Shown in pieces: positions 1 to 8,557 of a stretch of DNA of 34,593 nucleotides. The stretch comes from Nemertoderma westbladi (taxonomy: Eukaryota > Animalia > Xenacoelomorpha). How positions within the stretch are numbered: position 1 is the stretch's first letter; each line of letters begins with the position of its first letter. A program made the position numbers and the translations under genes. The DNA lies in contig JAUCBJ010002545.1 of assembly GCA_032718475.1 (NCBI GenBank), forward strand, positions 1-34,593. Reading direction: 5' to 3'. The notes under the pieces are model-generated. The model had not been told where the DNA came from, ran no database searches, and was given only the letters and a program-made list of their open reading frames with translations.

Positions 1-2005
1 AGAAATTGGAAACCTGATAATTGATATGGCTAACGAATTGTGTATAATATCTCAATAGCAATGGGCAATATAGGCCTATAAAGTAAGAGTTATCTTGACT
101 AGCTGACCATTGGGCATTACTCCTCTAAAGCCTGGGGTACCAGTCCAATGACCATCAAACAACGCATGTACATCTTACAGTCATTATAATATATGTTATT
201 AGGCCATGCAGCCATGTAGTTTGCGAATCGCCCCATCTCCTCAACCAAGCGTTGGTTCCGTATCTGGATATGTGGAGACTTTGGTTTGGGAACAGCAATA
301 GTATTCGGTTCTAGCAAGGCCTTCATGCGCTGCTGGGAAGTATGTTGATTTAACTGGAAAAATTCCAGGATCTCTCCAAGGCACGGATGGAGGCTGGTGA
401 GCCGGGAATGAAGCCCATTGTGGAAACCTTCAGCATAGTTGCTGGTCCTAGGGCCGGTATTTCCGAACTGTCCCCATCTGATGAATACATCCTGCCGAAG
501 CCAAAATCCAATACAATATTGTCGAAATTGGAAAACTTTATTGGCTGTTAAAGCGGACAGGTTTGGTAGCTGTTCATTGATCAGAGTATAGGCAACCTGA
601 TTGCGATACCCATCAGGAAGGAATGGTAAAGAACGAATCTCTTTGAACCAATACTTTACAGTTTTACCCTCTGCTGTATCTTCAACACAAACACCTTTGA
701 GGCCAAGGCTGTCTCGCTTCTCGTTTATGGCCTTAGCGAAATGAAAAGCGCAACCTAACACGGTCACCATTGGGAAAACTATATTGCAAGCATTCATTGC
801 TGCAAGTTCGAAATCGAAAAGCCACTTAGCTGTATTAATTCTGCCACCTTCACCGCAAAGATGATAAATGTTATCTCTTAAAGCAGTAAACATCCTGATG
901 TAGCTTCCTTCCGACTGTCCCTTCATCAGAGCGTATCCTAAAACATGGGGCTCTCCACCCACCACACCATGCACTGTATACATTTCACCCGGGTTGTGAA
1001 ATTCGGGAGGCGTAAACTTAAAGTTCCCATCACAGATGACAACTTCGCAATTATTTAACAAGCGTAGATCATCATCGTCTGCTGAATAGAGAAGTATTTC
1101 TTCTCCCTCAATAATTTCATTGATTAAGAGGAACCGATCAGAACTGGGCTTGGCCACCTTTAACTGATCTGGTATCTTATAAATAGTGACATCTTTAGGA
1201 ATCTCACGGTGTCGGTTTCTGCTTAATGACCGGCGTTTTGAGTCGAAGCCGTACCCAGCAGATAGTTTCCCCTTAATTTCGACAGCTACCTGTCCTCCAT
1301 ACTCCTGGTACTTAATATCGACAGATTGCAGGGCTCTATCGAACGCTTCTATTGGACGCTTCCGGCTGTTTCTAACTTCTGTTGTGATTTCAAACACATG
1401 TCGCTTAGCTTGTACGTTTGCCACTTTGCAATCAACTGTTGGTACACATCCGTGCGGTTTTTTGTTATAGTTTGTCGGGATGGTCCGGATCAGTCTGAAT
1501 AGTACCGTTAGTGACCATTATTGTCGCAACACTGGTATTTGGTCCACGCTTAATACACTGCGATCATTTATAGTATATGTTATCTTTATAAGTCTTACTT
1601 TGTTGAAACTCGAGGACAGTTCCGGGCCATCTCAAACTATTGAATTGTATTACCTTATGTTTCCTAACAGCGGACTCAACGAATTTAGCGGGGACATGAT
1701 TGAACTCCATAAGGGCTTATGCTATAAACTATTTAATCATAAAATTATGATGTTTATATAACATCTAGTAAACAAGTATTGACTTACTCCAGTGTGGTTT
1801 AGTGTATTATATTGCACCAAACTGAAAGTACCTACAGGTTTAGTCCCACTCATTCATTCATTAATAGGCCTACAAGTTTAGTCTACAACATTCATTTATT
1901 AATTAATTCTTTCGACAATTTGGCATGCTCTGTGTCGAAAGCTTTTTCGATAATTTGACATGGCTGTTCGACAACTTGACTCTTTCGACATTTTGACCTG
2001 AAATC
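1..2005 (-). mobile_element. MULE element copy 1 (long, transposase-bearing; 3' end outside the window)
   Basis: Contains the transposase and ends in CTCTTTCGACATTTTGACCTGAAATC (1980-2005), the reverse complement of the left TIR at 12664 and 25476. Subterminal TTCGACA(A/T)TT repeats at ~1910-1995. Followed by C then TTGTTACCC (2007-2015). Confidence 0.88.
117..1710 (-). pseudogene. MULE (Mutator-like) DDE transposase, about 530 codons, with a disrupted N-terminal CCHC zinc-finger-like region; C-terminal 435 aa (117-1424) still open
   Basis: ORF 117-1424 has MULE motifs VICDGNFK (D1), WLFDFELA (D2), CAFH (CxxH) and RTSNYAEGFH (E). Manual translation upstream gives ATG at 1710: MEFNHVPAKFVESAVRKHKVIQFNSLRWPGTVLEFQQSKTYKDNIYYK*SQCIKRGPNTSVATIMVTNGTIQTDPDHP, then a +1 frameshift (GGG at 1477-1479) into TNYNKKPHGCVPTVDCKVANVQ. 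A TGA at 1564-1566 sits where a Cys is expected. Confidence 0.88.
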
Positions 2006-2238
2006 CTTGTTACCCCCGTATTGTATTATAGCAGCGACCTAATTATTTAATAGCTTTAGATACAACCAGGACTCTCCCCCGCATTCACATTGTTTTAGCA
2101 TACAATTATTTAGTTACTATGACTACATACATCATTTATAATATAATAATTAAACATTAAACATATTGGGTAATTAATTATCTTGGTTACTGTAGCCAAG
2201 ACTTACTATAATACGACCTGCCAAGCTGCAGCTCAGCC

Positions 2239-2261
2239 GGGGGGGGGGGGGGGGGGGGGGG
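2239..2261 (+). repeat. G23 homopolymer (also 13822-13844 G23 and 26432-26453 G22)
   Basis: Read directly. Confidence 0.95.
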
Positions 2262-2329
2262 TTAATAAATTATCGAGAATAATGTAGTTGATTATTTTAC
2301 AATTTTCTATATTAAAATAAAATGTATTT

Positions 2330-2590
2330 CTGTCTGTCTGTCTGTATGTCTGACTGTGTGGTATGTATATTTGTTGGTCTGTATGTCTGTCTGTTTATCT
2401 GTGTGGTATGTATATTTGTTGGTCTGTATGTCTGTGTGGTATGTATATTTGTTGATCTGTATGTCTGTCTGTATTGTATGTCTGTGTGGTATGTATATTT
2501 GTTGATCTGTATGTCTGTCTGTATGTCTGTGTGGTATGTATATTTGTTGGTCTGTCTGTCTGTCTGTATGTCTGTGTGGTATGTTTATTT
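2330..2590 (+). repeat. ~45-bp TGTC/TATG-rich minisatellite (also ~13935-14125 and ~26522-26762)
   Basis: Unit GTGTGGTATGTATATTTGTTGGTCTGTATGTCTGTCTGTATGTCT; 15-aa periodicity in the spurious ORF 13874-14197. Confidence 0.9.
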
Positions 2591-3288
2591 AGACATGGAC
2601 ATTTCTAGCTAAAAGTTTTGCAATGGGGGTTTTCATGGTTCCCCTTGGTGATTTCATTTCCGATGTTAGTTTTCACAATTTACGGCATCCAAATTGTTTG
2701 TTAGTCTATCCGGTTGGAGTTTATATTTTGACGGACAGACCGACACAAACAGGCATACAGATAGACACGATCGGAACGCCGACATCGGAAATAATATTAC
2801 CATTTTCCAATTCAAGTGTTTTCCAATTGGTTTTCTCAACGGTGTCACTTGTTTAACACAGGAGACTACTGGTTAAGTAAAAACAAAGTCGGAAAGTTGT
2901 CCCACTAAATTGATTGGACTGCTGCAGGTTGCCAGGTCGTATTATACCAGGTCAATATGTACCACAATTTGTACCGGCAGGTAATTATATTTGGTTAATG
3001 CAAATTAGATATAAAAATACATAATTGATAATTATTGATATCTGTATATTTGTGTTGGTATTATTTTCTGCCGATAATTGAATTAAAAGAGAATCAAAGA
3101 AATTCTGATATTTTTTATGACCAGCCATAAGATACAACCACGATAACTGTATTCTACCTACTCCATTTAGTAGCTCACGTTTTTACACTATCACTCTTAC
3201 TTAAACAACAACCATTTAACTCACATTTCAATCAAATGCTACGAAATTTGGTATGAAGATAGTGCGACACCTTTTCTTACTGCTGGTG

Positions 3289-3489
3289 ACTTTCGTATCC
3301 ATGGTATCTGGTATCCATGATCCCAAGTAGCAGAAGTCATCCACTTGCTCAAGCAATCCGTCCCTAGAGCTTATGCCCTTACGATCAGACATTTATTGAG
3401 GACTGTCTAGGTTCACTGTCCAAAATTTGGTCTTTTTGGAGTTAACAAAAAGACCAATACTAGAAGCAACCTGCTCCAATGAGCAGGGC
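3289..3489 (-). pseudogene. Fragment of RTE-like non-LTR retrotransposon reverse transcriptase (unit A)
   Basis: Near-identical to 14830-15030, which translates LEQVASSIGLFVNSKKPKF...LLEQVDDFCYLGSWI, matching the GLxxNxxKT and FxYLG motifs of the late LINE RT region. This copy has an in-frame stop. Confidence 0.72.
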
Positions 3490-3814
3490 GTCCAAACCGT
3501 GACAAATCGAAATTACATATTGTCTTTCTATCAACATAACCTGTTAGTAAATGGGCCGTACGGCGCTATGTAATCACAACGGCATCTGATTACGATGCCA
3601 TTTTATATGAAATCGCTTTAAAGAGTAACTTCCATTGTGTTTTAATACAATTTGCTTACATATTTATAATGCTGAAATGTGTGGCTTTTAAATGAGCTAA
3701 AAATCATTAAATTTCGTTAATTAGAACGCTAGTTACATTTGTTTTTATAAAGAACAATATTTATTTATCCATTAATTTCACTTTTTTTACGAAATTAATT
3801 AATTCTTGACTTCA

Positions 3815-3835
3815 CCCCCCCCCCCCCCCCCCCCC
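3815..3835 (+). repeat. C21 homopolymer inside a ~200-bp block present only in A-type units (also 27997-28017)
   Basis: Read directly; ~3668-3865 is absent from unit B at ~15219. Confidence 0.9.
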
Positions 3836-4589
3836 ATCCCAGTTGTTGCTGACCAATAAGAACTCAAGGATTGTTATATTGCCGTAGCCCTTCCGCTATA
3901 GACGACACAGAGAGTTAAACTTATGAAATCATAATAAACAACATTCATTGTGTTGGAGAGATTCATTTACGGTCTGGAATCAATTCAATTACAAGTCGCT
4001 TATAAGAAAGTTTGATGTTCTGGATATGACGACGGCCGTTTAATAAAACTGTTGTAGAGGTTCCGATAATATTTCTAGCTCTTAGTTTTGGGAAGATATT
4101 TATAAATTATATTGTGTAAATTATATAAATTATACACAATATAATAAATATGTTTTAACACTATCAGTTAATACACTATTACTATTAGCTTGTACTAATA
4201 ATTATTGATCTATATGTAAAACTGATTTAATAGTTTTATTTTTATTTCAGACTACCATGAAGAAACTCTACACTACTCCGCTAACACTGCACACACTGCA
4301 TAGAGATGGGATTCTACCATGTTGAAATATCAATGTGTATTTGTGATTCGCGATTGATAATATATTAATTAGATCTATGAATTAATTAATTATGGACATA
4401 ATAATGGTGATTTAACTATTTATTTACATGAACTGGTATTAAGTTATATAACTGTGTTTCAAATATTTTGTTTATATCAGTTGACATTACCAATAATTAA
4501 TTAACAATTCTTATCCAAATTATATAACTGAAATTTTTTCAATTCATGTCAAAGACGTTGTGTTTAAACACCAATATTTGGGCATCAAA

Positions 4590-7500
4590 ATCGGGGCATC
4601 CAGTAAACTTTTCTGTCTGCCTATTTGACTGTTCCAAAGTCGCCGGACGCTCCGGGCACGCTGCCCGGAAGTCCGGGCACAAGCATGCCCGGACGTCCGG
4701 AAATCCGGCAAAATGTCTGTATTTCAGGGCAAATGCTCCAAATGTCTGTCCGGAATACGGCAAATCTGCGGGCGTCCAGTAAACTTTTCTGTCAGCCTAT
4801 TTGACTGTTCCAAAGTCGCCCGGACGCCGGAGTCCGGGCACAAGCATGCCCGGACGTCCGGAAATCCGGCAAAATGTCTGTATTTCAGGGCAAATGCTCC
4901 AAATGTCTGTCCGGAATACGGCAAATCTGCGGGCGTCCAGTATAACTTTTCTGTCAGCCTATTTGTACTGTTCCAAAGTCGCCCGGACGTCCGGAAGTCC
5001 GGGCACTAGTATGCCCGGATGTCCGGAAATCCGACCAAAATGTCTGTATTTCCGGGCAAATTGTCCAAATGACTGTCCGGAATTCGGCAAATCTGGGCGT
5101 CCATTAAACTTTTCTGTCAGCCTATTTGACTGTTCCAAAGTCGCCCGGACGTCCGGATGTCCGGGCACTAGAATGCCCGGACCTCCGGAAATCCGGCCAA
5201 AATGTCCGGATTTCCGGGCAAAGTTGTCCAAAATACTGTCCGGAAATCTGTAAATCCGGGCGTCCATTAAACTTGTCTGTCCGACTATTTGTCCCGTTCC
5301 AAAGTCGCCCGGAGGTCCGGGCACTAGGATGCCCGGACGTCCCGAAATCCGGCCAAAATTACTGTATTTCCGGGCAAATTGTCCAAAATGACTGTCCGGA
5401 ATTCTGGCAAATCTGGGCGTCCATGAAACTTGTCTGTCCGACTATTTGTCCGTTCCAAAGTCGCCCGGATGCCCGGGCGTTAGAATGCCCGGAAATCCAA
5501 ATATCCGGCAAAATGCCCGGATTTCCGGGCAAAATGCCCGGATTTCCGGGCAAAATGCCCGGATTTCCGGGCAAAATTGTCCAAAATACTGTCCGGAATT
5601 CTGTAATTCCGGGCGTCCATTAAACTTGTCTGTCCGACTATTTGTCCGTTCCAAAGTCGCCCGGATGCCCGGGCGTTAGAATGCCCGGAAATCCAAATAT
5701 CCGGCAAAATGCCCGGATTTCCGGGCAAAATGCCCGGATTCCCGGGCAAAATGCCCGGATTTCCGGGTAAAAAATTCCCGGATTTCCGGGCAAAGTTGTC
5801 CAAAATACTGTCCGGAATTCTGTAAATCCGGGCGTCCATTACACTGGTCTGTCCGACTATTTGGCCGTTCCAAAGTCGCCCGGATGCCCGGGCGTTAGAA
5901 TGCCCCGAATTCCAAAAATCCGGCAAAATGCCCGGATTTTCGGGCAAAATGCCCGGATTTCCGGGCAAAGTTGTCCAAAATACTGTCAGGAATTCTGTAA
6001 ATCCGGGCGTCCATTACACTTGTCTGTCCGACTATTTGTCCGTTCCAAAGTCGCCCGGATGCCCGGGCGTTAGAATGCCCGGAAATCCAAAAATCCGGCA
6101 AAATGCCCGGATTTCCGGGCAAAATGCCCGGATTTCCGGGCAAGATGCCCGGATTTCCGGGAAAAGTTGTCCAAAATACTGTCCGGAATTCTATAAATCC
6201 GGGCGTCCATTACACTGGTCTGTCCGACTATTTGGCCGTTCCAAAGTCGCCCCGATGCCCGGGCGTTAGAATGCCCCGAATTCCAAAAATCCGGCAAAAT
6301 GCCCGGATTTCCGGGCAAAATGCCCGGATTTCCGGGCAAAGTTGTCCAAAATACTGTCCGAAATTCTGTAAATCCGGGCGTCCATTACACTTGTCTGTCC
6401 GACTATTTGTCCGTTCCAAAGTCGCCCGGATGCCCGGGCGTTAGAATGCCCGGAAATCCAAAACTCCGGCAAAATGCCCGGATTTCCGGGCAAAGTTGTC
6501 CAAAATACAGTCCGGAATTCTGTAAATCCGGGCGTCCATTACACTTGTCTGTCCGACTATTTGTCCGTTCCAAAGTCGCCCGGATGCCCGGGCGTTAGAA
6601 TGCCCGGAAATCCAAAAATCCGGCAAAATGCCCATATTTCCGGGCAAAGTTGTCCAAAATACTGTCCGGAATTCTGTAATTCCGGGCGTCCATTAAACTT
6701 GTGTGTCCGACTATTTGTCCGTTCCAAAGTCGCCCGGATGCCCGGGCGTTAGAATGCCCGGAAATCCAAATATCCGGCAAAATGCCCGGATTTCCGGGCA
6801 AAATGCCCGGATTTCCGGGCAAAGTTGTCCAAAATACTGTCCGGAATTCTGTAATTCCGGGCGTCCATTAAACTTGTGTGTCCGACTATTTGTCCGTTCC
6901 AAAGTCGCCCGGATGCCCGGGCGTTAGAATGCCCGGAAATCCAAATATCCGGCAAAATGCCCGGATTTCCGAGCAAAATGCCCGGATTTCCGGGCAAAGT
7001 TGTCCAAAATACTGTCCGGAATTCTGTAAATCCGGGCGTCTATTACACTTGTCTGTCCGATTATTTGTCCGTTCAAAAGTCGCCCGGATGCCCGGGCGTT
7101 AGAATGCCCGGAAATCCAAAAATCCGGCAAAATGCCCGTATTTCCGGGCAAAGTTGTCCAAAATACTGTCAGGAATTCTGTAATTCCGGGCGTCCATTAA
7201 ACTTGTCTGTCCAACTATTTGTCCGTTCCAATATCGCCCGGATGCCCGGGCGTTAGAATGCCCGGAAATCCAAAAATCCGGCAAAATGCCCGGATTTCCG
7301 GGCAAAATGCCCGGATTTCCGGGCAAAATGCCCGGATTTCCGAGCAAAGTTGTCCAAAATACTGTCCGGAATTCTGTAATTCCGGGCGTCCATTAAACTT
7401 GTCTGTCCGACTATTTGTCCGTTCCAAAGTCGCCCGGTTGCCCGGGCGTTAGAATGCCCGGAAATCCAAAAATCCGGCAAAATGCCCGGATTTCCGAGCA

Positions 7501-8557
7501 AAATGCCCGGATTTCCGGGCAAAGTTGTCCAAAATACTGTCCGGAATTCTGTAAATCCGGGCGTCCATTAAACTTGTCTGTCCGACTATTTGTCCGTTCC
7601 AAAGTCGCCCGGATGCCCGGGCGTTAGAATGCCCGGAAATCCAAACATCCGGCAAAATGCCCGGATTTCCGGGCAAAATGCCCGGATTTCCGGGCAAACA
7701 GCCCCGGATTTCCGGGCAAAGTTGTCCAAAATACTGTCCGGAATTCTGTAAATCCGGGCGTAAATTTGACTATTTGTCCGTTCCAAAGTCGCCCGGAAGT
7801 CCGGACGCCCGGACACTGGAATGCCCGGACATCCAAAAATCCGGCCAATTTTCCGGATTTCCGTGCAAATTTCTCCAAAATACTGCCCGGAATTTTGTAA
7901 ATCCGGGCGTCCATTAAACTTGTCTGTCCGACTATTTGTCCATTCCAAAGTCGCCCGGACTTCCGGATGTCCGGACTTCCGGGCACTAGGATACCCGGAC
8001 GTCCGGAAATCCGGCCAAAATGTCTGTATTTCCGGGCAAACTGTCCTAATTACTGTCCGGAATTCGGCAAATCTGGGCGTTCTTTAAAATTTTCTGTCCG
8101 AAAATTTGACCGTTCCAAAGTCGCCCGGATGCCCGGGCACTGGAATGCCCGGACATCCAAAAATCCGGCAAATTGTCCGGATTTCCGGGCAAATTTGTCC
8201 AAAATACTGCCCGGAATTCCGTAAATCCGGGCGTCCATTAAACTTGTCTGTTCGACTATTTGTCCGTTCTAAAGTCGCCCGGAAATCCGGACACCCGGGC
8301 ACTGGAATGCCCGGACATCCAAAAATCCGGCAAATTGTCCGGATTTCCGGGCAAATTGTCCGGATTTCCGAGCAAATTTGACCAAAATACTGCCCGAAAA
8401 TCTGTAAATCCGGGCGTCCATTAAACTTGTCTGTCCGACTATTTGTCCGTTCCAAAGTCGCCCGGATGTCCGGATGCCCGGGCACTAGAATGCCCGGATG
8501 TCCGGATGCCCGGGCACTAGAATTCCCGGATGCCCGGGCACTAGAATGCCCGGACAT
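4590..8557 (+). repeat. CCGG-rich tandem satellite, monomers 154/175/196 bp, roughly 23 copies (unit A)
   Basis: Recurring TTCCAAAGTCGCCCGGATGCCCGGGCGTTAGAATGCCC anchor; spacings from ORF ends 6073, 6269, 6444, 6598, 6752, 6927, 7102, 7256, 7452, 7627 are 196, 175, 154, 154, 175, 175, 154, 196, 175. Variable 21-bp subunit GGGCAAAATGCCCGGATTTCC. Confidence 0.97.

Larger units (their letters stand above)
2207..2946. mobile_element. MITE-like non-autonomous element with ~26-bp terminal inverted repeats (unit A)
   Basis: TATAATACGACCTGCCAAGCTGCAGC at 2207-2232 pairs with GCTGCAGGTTGCCAGGTCGTATTATA at 2921-2946 (2 mismatches). Non-coding interior with G23 and a minisatellite. TSD unresolved (possibly TA). 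Confidence 0.65.

Noticed and set aside
1186-1761. Plus-strand ORFs 1186-1470 and 1480-1761
   Set aside because: Antisense shadows of the transposase gene with no recognisable motifs.
4231-4303. Strong TTTTATTTCAG acceptor followed by a short frame YHEETLHYSANTAHTA*
   Set aside because: Could be a terminal exon, but I could not link it to an upstream exon or homologue; needs RNA-seq.
5460-7720. CRISPR-like regular repeat with variable spacing
   Set aside because: Intervening DNA is itself repeated with no unique spacers, there are no cas genes, and the context is eukaryotic.
4539-8500. Dozens of 60-250 aa ORFs (MPGFPGK, QNARISG, MPGNPGIL) here and in 15888-21088 and 28728-32400; superficially elastin- or collagen-like
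   Set aside because: They occur on both strands in several frames, end once per monomer, and 154 and 175 bp are not multiples of 3; they are satellite translation artefacts.
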